Shown in pieces: positions 44,709 through 56,113 of a DNA stretch of 64,000 nucleotides. The DNA comes from an uncultured Verrucomicrobiae bacterium. GTDB taxonomy: Bacteria > Verrucomicrobiota > Verrucomicrobiia > Chthoniobacterales > UBA10450. Made by a program: the position numbers and the translations under genes. Below the pieces are notes generated by a model. That model worked only from the letters and a program-made list of their open reading frames with translations. It was not told the origin of the DNA and did no database searches. Numbering within the stretch: position 1 is the first letter of the stretch; every line of letters starts with the position of its first letter. The stretch spans positions 800,001 through 864,000 of the forward strand of contig CAVSDR010000006.1 of assembly GCA_963726745.1 (NCBI GenBank), written 5' to 3'.

Positions 44709-47700
44709 TTATTCTCGCGCCGTCGGCAGCGCCTCGCCCTCGCCCAGGAGCTGACGGAACGCGACCGTGGCGCTCGAGGACTCCGGCGCCAAGGCGAGCG
44801 GCGGCTGGCCTTTGGCTTTCAGCGCGTCGTTCAAGGCCGGGAGTTCCTTGGCGTTCAGTTGCTCAAACTCCCGGGTGACGTCGTCGAGCTCTTTCCGGAG
44901 CGCATCGATGTAAGCCAGCTGGTAATCGCCGGGCTTGCCTTCGTAGCTCAGGAGCGCGCCGTAAAGTTGGTCGGTGTGTTCACGCAGGCGTTCTTCGCCG
45001 GTAATCGCACCGCCTTCCGTTGTCGCCACGATCTGCTTCCGGACCTCGTCCAACTTGCTGTCAAAATCAGCCAGCACTTTGTGCAGCGGATCTTCCTGCG
45101 GGACTTCCGCGGAACGCTTCGCCACCGCCGCGCGCAGCGGCAAAATTTTATCCATCAAATCGCTCTCCGCGCCGAAGAGCGCATGCACCCGCATGGCCGC
45201 ATCGTATTGCGCCTTGCGGTCGGCCGCGGTGAACTTTGCGCGCCGATCGAGGGCAACGTTCACCTTGGTTTCAATCACCTGGCCGTTCTTCGTTAGGCGG
45301 ACGGTGTAGGTGCCCGGCAGGACGCGCGGACCGCGCAACCCGGCGCCAGCGATCTGCGCCGCCGGCGGCACCCGTGGCGGCTTTTCGCGCATGCTCCAGG
45401 TCACGCGGTTGAGCCCGGGACGCTTGCTCGCGGGCAGGGTATCGACCACGCGACCGCTCGGATCGAGAACTTCGATTTTCATTTTCCCGAAGAGATGACG
45501 GGAGCGCTGATAGTAGGTGATGACTGCCGCATCCGGCGGATTGTCGCCCGTAAAGACGGCGTCGCCATTGGCCCAGCCGCCGTTGCCCTGGATGCGCTGC
45601 TGCACCGGCTTCGCATCGACGAAGACCGCTTCCTGCGACATCACCTGCGGGGTAAGCGCGCGCAGCGGCGTGATGTCGTCAACAATCCAGATGCCGCGGC
45701 CGTGAGTCGCGAGCACGAGCTCGTTGTCGCGCGGCTGGATCGCGATGTCGCGCACGGAGACGGCCGGGAAGCGGCCGCCCTTGAATTGCGCCCAGGCTTT
45801 GCCGCCATCGATGGAAATGTAGAGGCCGAATTCCGTGCCCAGGAAAAGTAGCTCGGGCTTGACCGTGTCCTCCCGGATCACGTGCGCGTAACCCTGCACG
45901 CCGGAGAGCTCGTCTGGACTAACGAGTGGTTGCCAGGTCTGGCCGAAGTCGGCCGTCTTGTAGAGGTAGGCGGTCATGTCGCCAAAGGTGTGGCGATCGA
46001 AGGTGACGTAGGCCGTGCCCGGCGCGAAATTACTCGCCTGGACCCAGCTCACCCAGGAATTAGGCGGCAAGTTGGGGACGTTCTTGACCACGTTGTTCCA
46101 GGTCTTCCCGCCGTCTTTCGTGAGCTGAAGATTGCCGTCGTCCGTGCCGACCCAGATGACGTTCTTGTCCTTGGGCGACTCGCTGATCGAGTAGATCGTG
46201 GTGTGCGCTTCGGCCGCGGAGTTGTCGATCGTGACGCCGCCGGATTTCTCCTGCTCCTGCTTCTTCGGATCGTTCGTGGTCAGGTCGGGCGAGATGCGAT
46301 CCCAGCTCTGGCCCTGGTTGCGCGAACGGAAGAGAAACTGCGCGCCGAGGTAGATCGTCCCCTTCTCGTTCGGCGAAAGCGCGATCGGCGTGTTCCAATT
46401 CCAGCGCAGCTTCTCCTTGTAGTTCGGCTTCGGCTGAATGTCGCGGCCTTGGAGCGTTTTCCGGTTTACCCGGCCGATCGCGCCGCCCTGCGCTTCGGCG
46501 TAGAGGTAATCGGGATCCGACGGATCGGAGAACATCCAAAAGCCGTCGCCGCCAAACATGTTTTCCCATTGGGCGTTGTTGATCCCGCCAGGGTATTGCG
46601 ATTGGCCGACCCAGGAGCTGTTATCCTGCAAGCCGCCGTAGACGCGATAGGGATCGGCGTCGTCCACGCTCACATGGTAGAACTGCGAGATCGGGAGGTT
46701 GCCCGCCTTCCACCATTTGCTCCCGCCATTAAAGGAATACCAGAGGCCGCCGTCATCGCCCGCGTAGACCGTCTGCGGGTTCGTCGGATCGATCCAGACA
46801 TCGTGCACGTCGCCGTGCGCGCCCTGGAATCCGCCCACGGTGGCGAAACTTTTGCCGGCATCATCACTCACGATGAGCGCGCCATCGGTCTTGAAAACGC
46901 GGTCGGCGTTCTTCGGATCGACGATCAAATTAGCGAAATAAAACGGCCGCCAAACCATCCAGGTGCTCTTGTCGCGCTTATCCCAAGTGCCGCCGCCGTC
47001 GTCGGAAACAAAGAGCGCGCTGTCGGTTGATTCGACGAAGCAATAAACCCGCTGCGGATTAGACGGCGCGATCGCGACCGCGAGGCGTCCATAAGGCTTC
47101 TTGCCGAAACCTTTGTTCGCTTCCGGCGTGACCTCGGCCCAGGTGGCGCCGCCATCGGTCGACTTAAACAAGCCGCTCGCGCTTGGCCGCTTCCGGGCCC
47201 TCGCCGCCCGAGCGGAAGGTCCAGCCTTTGCGGCGGAAGTCCCACATGGTGGCGAAGAGGATATTGGGGTTGGCCGGATCCATCGCGATCCCGGAACAAC
47301 CGGTGGAAAGGTTGCCCCCTTTGAGAATGAGCTTCCAGTTCAGGCCGCCATCGGTCGTCTGGTAAAGCCCGCGCTCGGCGCTATCGCTCCAGAGCGGCCC
47401 GGGGACGGCGACATAAGCGGTCTCGCTGTTTGTCGGGCTGACGATGATCTTCGCGATCCGCTCGGAAGCAGGCAAGCCGATGCGGTTCCAGGTTTCGCCG
47501 CCATCGGTCGAGCGATACATCCCGTTGCCGATGGAGACGCTGTTGCGCGTCCAGGCTTCGCCGGTGCCCACCCAGACGTTCTTCGGGTTCTTCGGATCAA
47601 GCGCGATTGCGCCGATCGATTGCGCCGGCTGTTCGTCGAAGACCGGGCGGAAGATGGTGCCGTTGTCCTCCGATTTCCAAACGCCGCCGCTGGCCGCGCC

Positions 47701-47886
47701 GACGTAGATCGTGGTCTTGCCGTTGTCCTCGCGATGAGCTGCGAGCGCGGAGATGCGTCCGCTCATGGTGGCCGAGCCAATATTGCGCGCGCCCAGGCCG
47801 GAAATGGTCGCGGAGCTGTAAGGCGCCTGCTGGGCCGAGGCCAGGCCGGCGATGCCTAACGAGAGGATGATGGAGAGGTAACGCAT
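44709..47886 (-). CDS. Secreted BNR/Asp-box (sortilin/VPS10-like) beta-propeller protein (frameshift near 47185)
   Basis: 'RNIGSATMSGRI', repeated 'S/T-x-D-G-G-x-T-W' boxes, 'YGGLQDN', 'ATHGRGIW'. Confidence 0.85.
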
Positions 47887-47893
47887 GGGAAAA

Positions 47894-48646
47894 TTACTTG
47901 GAAGGGTTGGCCGCGGGGAATTGGAACGTCTTGCTGTCTATCGGCGCGTTCGCCTCGGCTTTTTCGAGGACGATCTTTTGCTTGTCCTGCGAGCCTTTGC
48001 GGCCGGACTCGACCGAGAAAGGCAGGTAAACGCCGTTCACTTTCTCGTAGTCGCTTAAGTCCGTCTCGGTCTCGACCTGCGCGCCGTGCTCGGTCCGTTG
48101 GGTGAGCACGCGGATCTCGAGGAAATGCTCCGGCTCGAGGTAAACGTAGTTAATGTCGCCGTTCTTGCGCGTCACCTTGAGCTTGTAGGCCTGGGTGCCG
48201 TCGACGTCCTCGGTCCCGAGGTATTCCACCTGGCTGCCCTTAGCTTTCCAGTCGACCAAAGCGCCGTCTATTTCCGCTTCCTCGATCAGCGATTTCTTGT
48301 CGTCCTCGGAAAGTTTCTCGGGATCTTTGCGTCCTTGGAACGGGGAAATCTTCCAGGCGTCCTGCCCGTCGAAAGCCTGCACCATCGTCAGGCCCTGGAG
48401 GGTGTATTCCGTCCGCACCGCGCCGGGACGTTGGCGGGTTTGCGAGTAACCAAATTCCATCTGCCCGCCGTTGACCAGCATCTTGCCGGTAAGGTGGACG
48501 GACTTGAGCGCCTGGAGCGCTTCCGCGCCGCCTTTGGCTTCGACATTTTTCGCGACCAGCTGGTCGACGGTCATTTGCTTCGGTTCCTGCGCGAAGAGCG
48601 AACCGGCAGCAGCGAGGGGAAGGAGGAGAAGGATTCGTGAGATCAT
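47894..48646 (-). CDS. Secreted LolA-like / lipoprotein-sorting-type hypothetical protein
   Basis: Signal peptide; 'TVDQLVAKNVEAKGG', 'QAFDG..AW', 'SDYEKVNGVYLPF'. Confidence 0.6.
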   Translation of the reverse strand: MISRILLLLPLAAAGSLFAQEPKQMTVDQLVAKNVEAKGGAEALQALKSVHLTGKMLVNGGQMEFGYSQTRQRPGAVRTEYTLQGLTMVQAFDGQDAWKISPFQGRKDPEKLSEDDKKSLIEEAEIDGALVDWKAKGSQVEYLGTEDVDGTQAYKLKVTRKNGDINYVYLEPEHFLEIRVLTQRTEHGAQVETETDLSDYEKVNGVYLPFSVESGRKGSQDKQKIVLEKAEANAPIDSKTFQFPAANPSK

Positions 48647-48785
48647 GGGTTGAACCGCAGCGAGGCGGGCAGGGGAAGATAAGCCTTTCCCCGCATTGGC
48701 AAGTCGCAGGCGCTGCCTAACGAGAAATTTCTTGCCAGCGGCGAGACTTTCCCGCCACTCTGCGCGCATCTGCCTTAACCCTACC

Positions 48786-51773
48786 ATGAAAACAACCAAG
48801 CTCCCCTTCTCCCGCATGTTGCCGGCAGCTGCGCTGGCCTTGCTCCTCTCCGCCGGGTCCGCCGCGGCCCAGCTCGCCGTCAGCGCGCCCACCCCGCCGG
48901 CGGCCGATCCCAACGGCAACGCCGTTCCCGTCCAGGAAGCGACCACTGACCGTGTCTTCGTCACCGGCTCGAACATCCCCACGGCAGCGGAAGTCGGGCC
49001 GAACCCGGTGCTGAACGTGAACCGGGACTTGATCAACAAGAGCGGTGAACGCACCGCCGAGGAACTCCTGCGCAATCTCCCGGTGGCGAACGCCAACGGC
49101 GTCCCGGTTTCCAACAACGAGAACGGCTCGAATACCGCGGTCGGCGCAGCGACAATCGCGCTCCGCGGCTTCGACGCGCGCGCTACCCTCATCCTGCTCG
49201 ATGGCCGCCGCGTGGCGCCTTACCCCACGAGCAATGCCGGGATCGTCTTCATCGATCTCAACTCCATCCCGCAATCGTCGATCGAGAGCATCGAGATTCT
49301 GAAGGACGGCGCCTCCACCACCTACGGCGCGGATGCGGTCGCAGGCGTGGTCAACGTCAAGCGCTGGAAAAACTTTAAAGGCGCGCAGGCCACGATCGAA
49401 TATGGGAACACGACCGACAAAGACTCGGGCGAATTCAATAGCTCGCTCCTCTTCGGCGTAGGCAACGGCACGACCACGGTCTCGGGCACGGTGAACTACT
49501 ATCACCGCAACTCGATCTTCAATCGCGACCGCGATTACTCCGCGGTCCCGCCGTTCCTGAGCAGCAATGCGAGCCCGTATAACCTGCAGTTGAGCAAAGC
49601 GGCCGTGGCTGCGGCCGGCGGCACCGTCCTGCCGGGCGCGAGCGCGAATCAATTTGCCACCCCGCCTGATCGGACGAATGGCCTGGCCCCGGCAAATGCC
49701 TACCTCTATGGCAACAGCCGTGTCCGTTCCGGCCCAAACGGTTTTAACTTCAACCAATTCTCCCTCTCCTTCCCGGAATCGGAGCGCTACGGCGGCTACC
49801 TCTCGATGGAGCACAAGGTCTTCGGCGACGCGCTCGTGCTCTACGGCGACTCGATGTATCAAAACGTGAAGACGCACAACGAGCTCGCGCCCCCGGCCAC
49901 GGGCAACTTCCAAACGCCCGGGCAGATCACGATCGCGATTCCTCCGCGCGTCCCGAATCCCGCAGGCACGACACCCTTCGGCGGGCCGACCTATGCGGAG
50001 ACCGGACTCGCGCCCGGCGCCTTCAATCCATTCAACCCCTTCAACCAAATCATTTCCGGCGGTTCGCGCGCGCGCCTCGCAGAATTTGGCAACCGGCTCT
50101 TCGACAACGAAACCGATGCCTTCCTCGCGACCCTCGGCTTCAAAGGCGACAAATTGTTTAACGGCACCTGGGGTTACGATGCCGGCTTCCGTTACAGCCA
50201 GGTGAAGAACACGACCACCGGGACGCAGCTCTCCTCCTCGCGTTTCACCCGCATCCTGAACCAGGCCGACCCGATCTTTAATCCGGCCTCGTCGCAGTAC
50301 ATCGGCACGACGACCGCGTTCAATCCCTTCGGCGATTACCGCAACCCGGTCGCCTCGAACCAGGCCACGGTGGAATACGCGCGCGTCCATCCAGTAGACA
50401 GCGACATCTCGAAGCTGGCCACGCTCGACGCCACGGTCTACACGACCGCGCTCTTCGACCTCCCGGCCGGCGGCGTGGGCTTCGCCTTTGGCGGTCAATT
50501 CCGCCGCGAATCGCTCAGCGAAGATCCAGACCAGCTCAACATCATCGGCGACATCGCGGGCAACTCCGCGATCGCCGCGGCGCGCGGCGGGCGGAAGTCG
50601 TTCGCCTTCTATTCGGAGACGAACGTGCCGATCTTTAGCCAGCAGAATGCGATCGGCGGTTTCCATGCGCTCGACCTGACCGCGGCGGTGCGTTACGAGG
50701 AATTCCGGAACAACAACACCAACGTGGCCGTGCCGAAATTTGGCCTCCGCTGGCAGCCGCTGGACGATTCCCTGACCCTGCGCGCGACCTGGGGCAAAGG
50801 CTTCCGCGAGCCCGCGCTCGAGGAGCTCTACACCGCGCCCATCTCCGATATCCAGCCGTCGCGCGATCCGATGAACGGCGGCGCCTTTGAGCCGGAGACG
50901 CAGACGCTGATCGTCGCGAACCCGAACCTCGCGCCGGAAGATTCCGAGACCGTGGCCTTCGGCGCGGTTTACTCGCCGAAGTATCTCGCCGGCCTCACCC
51001 TTACGCTCGACCTCTGGCAGATCGAGCGCACCGGCGTGGTTGAGACTTCGCCGCTCGACGCCGTCCTCCAGCGCGAACTTGCCGGCACTCTCCTCCCCGG
51101 CGAACGCGTGGAGCGTTTCGCCGATGGCTCGATCGCCCGCGTGGTCGTGCCCTATCGCAACGAAGGCAGCCAAAAAGCCAACGGCGTCGACATGGGGATT
51201 CAATACATTCGCGAAACTTCCTTCGGCACCTTCACCTCGCTCACGCAGGCGACTTACCTGAATTCCTTCGAACGTCAGCGCCTCGCAGGCGGACCGATCG
51301 ATCAACTCGCCGGCCAATCGAGCGAGCTCGGCGCTTCGAACGAGGGCTACTATCGCTGGCGCGCGAACAGCAGCCTCGATTGGGCCTGGAAAGGTTTCGA
51401 CCTCGTCAGCACTGTCCGTTTCATCGATGGCTTCCACGAAGAAGACGCGAACTTGAACCGCCACGATGTCGAGCACCGGTGGCTCTTCGACCTCCAGGCC
51501 TCTTACGATTTCGGCGCGCTCGTCTCGCACGCGCAGGCGACCGCGGGCTACGCGAAGGACAGCAAGGCCGGCCCGGCCACCGTCAGCACTGCGAGCGCGA
51601 GTGCGTGGGATCGGTTGCTCGAAGGCACGCGCCTGACCGTGGGCGTGACCAATCTCTTCGACAAGGATCCGCCGTTTGCGTCCGGCCAGGGCGGCAATGC
51701 GGTCGGCTATCCCGGCTTCACCTACGACTCGACTGGGCGCTTCGTTTATGTGCGCCTGATCAAGAAGTTTTAG
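48786..51773 (+). CDS. TonB-dependent receptor
   Basis: 'VFVTGSNI', plug 'LRG...TLILLDGRR...IEILKDGASTTYGADAVAGVVN'; C-terminal Phe. Confidence 0.93.
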   Translation: MKTTKLPFSRMLPAAALALLLSAGSAAAQLAVSAPTPPAADPNGNAVPVQEATTDRVFVTGSNIPTAAEVGPNPVLNVNRDLINKSGERTAEELLRNLPVANANGVPVSNNENGSNTAVGAATIALRGFDARATLILLDGRRVAPYPTSNAGIVFIDLNSIPQSSIESIEILKDGASTTYGADAVAGVVNVKRWKNFKGAQATIEYGNTTDKDSGEFNSSLLFGVGNGTTTVSGTVNYYHRNSIFNRDRDYSAVPPFLSSNASPYNLQLSKAAVAAAGGTVLPGASANQFATPPDRTNGLAPANAYLYGNSRVRSGPNGFNFNQFSLSFPESERYGGYLSMEHKVFGDALVLYGDSMYQNVKTHNELAPPATGNFQTPGQITIAIPPRVPNPAGTTPFGGPTYAETGLAPGAFNPFNPFNQIISGGSRARLAEFGNRLFDNETDAFLATLGFKGDKLFNGTWGYDAGFRYSQVKNTTTGTQLSSSRFTRILNQADPIFNPASSQYIGTTTAFNPFGDYRNPVASNQATVEYARVHPVDSDISKLATLDATVYTTALFDLPAGGVGFAFGGQFRRESLSEDPDQLNIIGDIAGNSAIAAARGGRKSFAFYSETNVPIFSQQNAIGGFHALDLTAAVRYEEFRNNNTNVAVPKFGLRWQPLDDSLTLRATWGKGFREPALEELYTAPISDIQPSRDPMNGGAFEPETQTLIVANPNLAPEDSETVAFGAVYSPKYLAGLTLTLDLWQIERTGVVETSPLDAVLQRELAGTLLPGERVERFADGSIARVVVPYRNEGSQKANGVDMGIQYIRETSFGTFTSLTQATYLNSFERQRLAGGPIDQLAGQSSELGASNEGYYRWRANSSLDWAWKGFDLVSTVRFIDGFHEEDANLNRHDVEHRWLFDLQASYDFGALVSHAQATAGYAKDSKAGPATVSTASASAWDRLLEGTRLTVGVTNLFDKDPPFASGQGGNAVGYPGFTYDSTGRFVYVRLIKKF

Positions 51774-51813
51774 GCGGCAACTTCAGCGCCCAAAGCGCTG
51801 GCTAAAATTCCCC

Positions 51814-51850
51814 AAACCCTCGCGCTCGTTTGATCCGGGCGCGGGGGTTT
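51814..51850. terminator. Probable bidirectional terminator
   Basis: AAACCCTCGCGCTCG...CGGGCGCGGGGGTTT between convergent genes. Confidence 0.6.
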
Positions 51851-51857
51851 GTGCTTT

Positions 51858-54032
51858 CTACGGGACGAGGCTCGCGAGGAAGGCGCGGAAAGCCGCCGGA
51901 TCCTTCAGCCGATAGCGCGCGCGCGACGGCGCGGAGCCGATTTTAAGCGTGAGAAAATTCGGCAGCTCGAGCTCGAACATGCTCTCGTCCGTCTGGTCGT
52001 CGCCCGCGCAAAAGACGAGGCCGTAGCGATGCTCGTGCAGCAGTCGGCGCATGGCCACGCCCTTGGAAACTTCCGCCGAGGTTACCTCCACGATCTTGCG
52101 GCCCTGGCGAATCTTCACCGGCTCGTTCGCCATCATCGTCCCGAGCTCATGCAGAAGTTGGTTCGCTTTCCAGGTGCCAAACTCCGGATCGGTCTTGCGA
52201 TAATGCCAGACGAGCGAAGTCCGTTTTTCCTCCACGAAACTCCCCGGCGTCGACTGCTCGTAGAGCCGGAGGAGGCCGCGAATCTCTTCCTTCCAGCCGT
52301 AGGTCACGTCGCGATCCCAATGTTCCCAATCGCTCGCGCCTGGACGCCAGATTGCGGCGCCGTGCTCGGCCACAAGCGTGAAGTCCGTCGGATGAAAAAA
52401 GGACTGCAAGTCCTCCCGGCTCCGACCGCTAATGATGATGACGTCTATTTTCGGATGCGCCCCGAGCCGCTCGAGTAACGCGCGGATTTCCTCCGTTGGC
52501 CGCGCGCTCCGCGGATCGGTCACGATCTCCCGCAGCGTCCCGTCGTAATCCAGGAAGAGCGCCAGCCGCTCGCCTTTTTCCAGCGCGCCCTGCATGAGCG
52601 CGAGCGCTTCCGCCGGCTCGCTCGCGCCCACGTTTTCCGCGGGATCGAGCGCGCGCAGCTGCTCGATGAAAGCCCGCGCCCAATGCTGCGCGTCATATTT
52701 CATCACCCGCGCACGCATCGGCTCGTTCGCCGCGCGGCGTTCTTCTTCCGGCAGCGCGAGCGCCTCGGCCAGGCTCTGCGCGACTGCGCGCGGGTCGTAC
52801 GGATTAACCAGCCACGCGTTTGAAAGTTCCTCGGCGGCGCCGGCAAATTCACTCAGGATGAGCACGCCGGGATCGTCCGTCTGGCAGGCGATATACTCCT
52901 TCGCGACCAGGTTCATCCCGTCGATTAACGGCGTCACCAGGCCCACATCCGCGATCGCATAAAGCGCGCAGAGATCGGTGAAATTCACCGAGCCATGGAT
53001 GAAGCGAATCGGGCTGCTGTTGAGCGTGGCGAAGGCGCCGTTGATCCGGCCGACGCGCGCTTCCGTCTCCGCGCGCAGGTCCTTGTATTCCTCCACGCCT
53101 TCGCGCGACGGCACGCTCACAAAGATGAACTTCATCCCGTCGCGTTCTTCCCGTGGGAGGTCGGTGAGGAAATGCTCGATCGCATCCAGCCGATGCAGGA
53201 TGCCCTTGGTGTAATCCATCCGCTCGACCGAAAGGACCACGCGCTTGGAGGCATTCGTCTGGCAGAAATGCTCGCGCCGTTCGGCGAACTCCGTCGAGGC
53301 GAGCTCGCGCTCAAATTTTCCGGCATTGATCCCGATGGGAAAAACGCCCATCGCGGTCACGTGGCCGTCATCGTTCCGGATGCGGGTAATCTCTGATTCC
53401 AACCCGAGCAGACGCAGGACGGTGCTGCGAAAATGCCGCATGTAACCGAAGGTGTGAAAGCCGACCAAGTTCGCGCCCAACATCCCTGCGAGCAGCTCGC
53501 GGCGTTTTGGATGGCACCGGAAAGTTTCGTAGGACGGAAATGGCGTATGGAGGAAGAAGCCGATCCGCAGCCGCGGCGAACGCGCGCGCAGCAGCGCCGG
53601 CAGCAACATGAGTTGGTAATCATGCACCCAAACGAGGTCGTCGGGCTTCGCCAGCTCGAGCACCTTCTCGGCGAAGCGCTCGTTTACCTGCGCATAGGTG
53701 TCCCACCAGGCCGGGTCGTAGCGCATGAAGTTCGGCATGTAATGAAGCAGCGGCCAGATGCTCGAGTTCGAGAAGCCCTCGTAATGCCCCGCGACCTCCC
53801 CTTCCGAGAGGAAAACCGGCAGGCAGCCGTGCTCGCGCTCCAGCACTTCGGCGACGCGCTTTTGCTCCGCCGCTTCCTCGATCGCCTGGCCCGGCCAGCC
53901 GAGCCACTTGAGCGCGTATTCCTCGGTCGAAAGACCCTCGAGCGCTGCCACCAGGCCGCCGGAGGATTTGGTGATCTGGTCGCCTACGGTCACAGGCAGG
54001 CGATTGGAAACGTTGATCAGCGTGGTCGGCAT
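51858..54032 (-). CDS. Bifunctional trehalose-6-phosphate synthase/phosphatase (OtsA-OtsB fusion)
   Basis: 'VSNRLP', 'GGLV', 'WVHDYQL', 'DGMNLVAKEY'; HAD 'FLDYDGTL', 'GDDQTDE'. Confidence 0.95.
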   Translation of the reverse strand: MPTTLINVSNRLPVTVGDQITKSSGGLVAALEGLSTEEYALKWLGWPGQAIEEAAEQKRVAEVLEREHGCLPVFLSEGEVAGHYEGFSNSSIWPLLHYMPNFMRYDPAWWDTYAQVNERFAEKVLELAKPDDLVWVHDYQLMLLPALLRARSPRLRIGFFLHTPFPSYETFRCHPKRRELLAGMLGANLVGFHTFGYMRHFRSTVLRLLGLESEITRIRNDDGHVTAMGVFPIGINAGKFERELASTEFAERREHFCQTNASKRVVLSVERMDYTKGILHRLDAIEHFLTDLPREERDGMKFIFVSVPSREGVEEYKDLRAETEARVGRINGAFATLNSSPIRFIHGSVNFTDLCALYAIADVGLVTPLIDGMNLVAKEYIACQTDDPGVLILSEFAGAAEELSNAWLVNPYDPRAVAQSLAEALALPEEERRAANEPMRARVMKYDAQHWARAFIEQLRALDPAENVGASEPAEALALMQGALEKGERLALFLDYDGTLREIVTDPRSARPTEEIRALLERLGAHPKIDVIIISGRSREDLQSFFHPTDFTLVAEHGAAIWRPGASDWEHWDRDVTYGWKEEIRGLLRLYEQSTPGSFVEEKRTSLVWHYRKTDPEFGTWKANQLLHELGTMMANEPVKIRQGRKIVEVTSAEVSKGVAMRRLLHEHRYGLVFCAGDDQTDESMFELELPNFLTLKIGSAPSRARYRLKDPAAFRAFLASLVP

Positions 54033-54136
54033 GCGTGCTTTCAGTTGAGGCCAGATTCGCGCGCGAGGCAATGCGCGGCCCGCGCAGCCGGCACCTTGAC
54101 GACGGCACCCTCCTTACGCACCCTCCCAGCCTGAGA

Positions 54137-56113
54137 ATGCGCTCCCATCAACTTGGAAACCGCCTTCCCGCCCTAACGAGTGCATTTGCGGCGTTGCTTC
54201 TCGGCCTCGCCGCGGCGCCGGCGCAGGACGCCTTGCCCACGCGTTTGGGCCAGCCTCCGTCCGCCACTTCGCAGTCCCCGCGGGAGTTGAAAAAGCTCTC
54301 GCTCGAGGAGTTGGTGGATGTGGAGATTACCTCCGCCTCGCGCCGGCCGGGGCTGCTCTCGCAAGCGGCGAGCGCGATCGATGTGGTCACGGCCGAGACC
54401 ATCCGCCGCTCTGGCGTGACCAGCCTGCCGGATGCCCTCCGCCTCGCGGCCGGCGTGCAGGTGGCGCAGATCGACGGCCACAGCTGGGCGATCTCGGCCC
54501 GCGGTTTCAACCTCGGCACCGCGAACAAGCTCCAGGTCTTGATGGATGGCCGGAGCCTCTACACGCCGCTTTACTCCGGCGTTTTCTGGGACGTGCAGCA
54601 GACCTTTCTCCCGGACCTCGAGCAGATCGAAGTGATCCGCGGGCCCGGCGCGACGCTGTGGGGCGCGAATGCAGTCAACGGCGTAATCAACATCCGCTCG
54701 AAGAACGCGAAGGACACGCAAGGCTTCCTGGTCGATACCGCAGGCGGCGAGGAGCTCGGCTACGCCGGCGTCCGCTACGGTGGAAAAATAGGCAGCAACA
54801 CGTTCTACCGCGCCTGGGTGATGCATACGCGGCGCGATGAGCTTTCGCTCGCGGATGGGAGCGGCGCAGGCGATGCGACCGATTTCACCAAAGGTGGCTT
54901 CCGGATCGATTCCACTGTTGGCGTGGACGACGCTCTAACCCTCCAGGGCGATGGCTACGGCGGAAGCTTTGGCCAGCACAACGCGGGCGACATCAGCGTG
55001 GATGGCGGCAACGTCCTGGCCCGTTGGACGCACGAGCTCGCGGCCGATTCCAACCTCACCGTCCAGACCTACTACGACCGGACGCATCGCCTCATCCCGG
55101 CGCTCTTCGAAGAGGAGCGGAACACCTTCGACCTCGAGCTCGAGGGACGCCGCGTCTTTAACCGGCACGACTTTGTCTACGGGGCGAACTACCGCCTCTC
55201 CGCGGACGAGATCGGCAATCTCGGGCCGCAGTTTGCCTTCCTCCCGGACGACCGCACGGTCCACCTCGTCAGCGGCTACCTGCAGGATGAGTGGCACGTA
55301 GTCCCGCGGCGCTTCTCGTTAGGCCTGGGCTCGAAGTTCGAGTGGAATAGCTTTAGCGGCTTCGAGCTGCAGCCGAGCGGGCGCTTCATCTGGACGCCGT
55401 CGAATACGCAAAGCCTCTGGGGCGCGATCTCGCGCGCGGTGCGCACGCCCACGCGGATCGACCAGGATATTTTCGCGCCCAATCCCAGCACGGGCAGCGC
55501 CTTCAGTTTCGTGGGCAACCGCGGTTTCCGTTCGGAAGTGGTCGTGGCCTACGAGCTCGGCTACCGGGTGGAACCGACGCCGCGGCTGGCCTTCGACCTC
55601 GCCACTTATTACAACGAATACGACAACCTCCGCAGCATCGAACCGCGGGGCGGACCGGGGACGCCCCTGCGTTTTGACAACAAGATCGAAGGCAGCTCCT
55701 ACGGCGCGACCTTGAGCACGCACTGGCGCGTAACCGATGGCTGGCGTTTAGACGGCAACTTCAGCGCGCTCCATCTCGATCTCCACGGCGCGCCCGGCTC
55801 GCTCGATCCCGCGAAGGGCCGGGCCAACGGGAACGATCCCGACTTCTTCTTCACCGTGCGCTCGTCGCTCGACCTGCCGTGGCACCTGCAGTTCGACACC
55901 GTGGTGCGCTACGTCAGCGACCTGCCACAGCCGGCGACCCCGGCGTACACCGCGCTCGACCTCCGCCTCGCCTGGAAGCCGCGTCCGAATTTCGAGGTCG
56001 CGCTCGTGGGCCGCAATTTGCTCGATCCACAGCACCCGGAATTTGCCAGCGCCACGGCGGTCACGCGCGAGGTCGACCGGAGCGTCTTTGCCACTCTGAA
56101 ATGGACCTACTAA
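54137..56113 (+). CDS. TonB-dependent receptor-like protein of a YfiR/kinase module
   Basis: 'LSLEELVDVEITSASRR', 'IEVIRGPGATLWGANAVNGVINI'; aromatic C-terminus. Confidence 0.9.
   Translation: MRSHQLGNRLPALTSAFAALLLGLAAAPAQDALPTRLGQPPSATSQSPRELKKLSLEELVDVEITSASRRPGLLSQAASAIDVVTAETIRRSGVTSLPDALRLAAGVQVAQIDGHSWAISARGFNLGTANKLQVLMDGRSLYTPLYSGVFWDVQQTFLPDLEQIEVIRGPGATLWGANAVNGVINIRSKNAKDTQGFLVDTAGGEELGYAGVRYGGKIGSNTFYRAWVMHTRRDELSLADGSGAGDATDFTKGGFRIDSTVGVDDALTLQGDGYGGSFGQHNAGDISVDGGNVLARWTHELAADSNLTVQTYYDRTHRLIPALFEEERNTFDLELEGRRVFNRHDFVYGANYRLSADEIGNLGPQFAFLPDDRTVHLVSGYLQDEWHVVPRRFSLGLGSKFEWNSFSGFELQPSGRFIWTPSNTQSLWGAISRAVRTPTRIDQDIFAPNPSTGSAFSFVGNRGFRSEVVVAYELGYRVEPTPRLAFDLATYYNEYDNLRSIEPRGGPGTPLRFDNKIEGSSYGATLSTHWRVTDGWRLDGNFSALHLDLHGAPGSLDPAKGRANGNDPDFFFTVRSSLDLPWHLQFDTVVRYVSDLPQPATPAYTALDLRLAWKPRPNFEVALVGRNLLDPQHPEFASATAVTREVDRSVFATLKWTY

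Noticed and set aside
48717..51530. 937-aa antisense ORF opposite the TonB receptor, and similar shadow ORFs (e.g. 62649..63914, 37548..38585)
   Set aside because: Expected from high-GC codon bias; no recognisable motifs; the real gene is on the other strand
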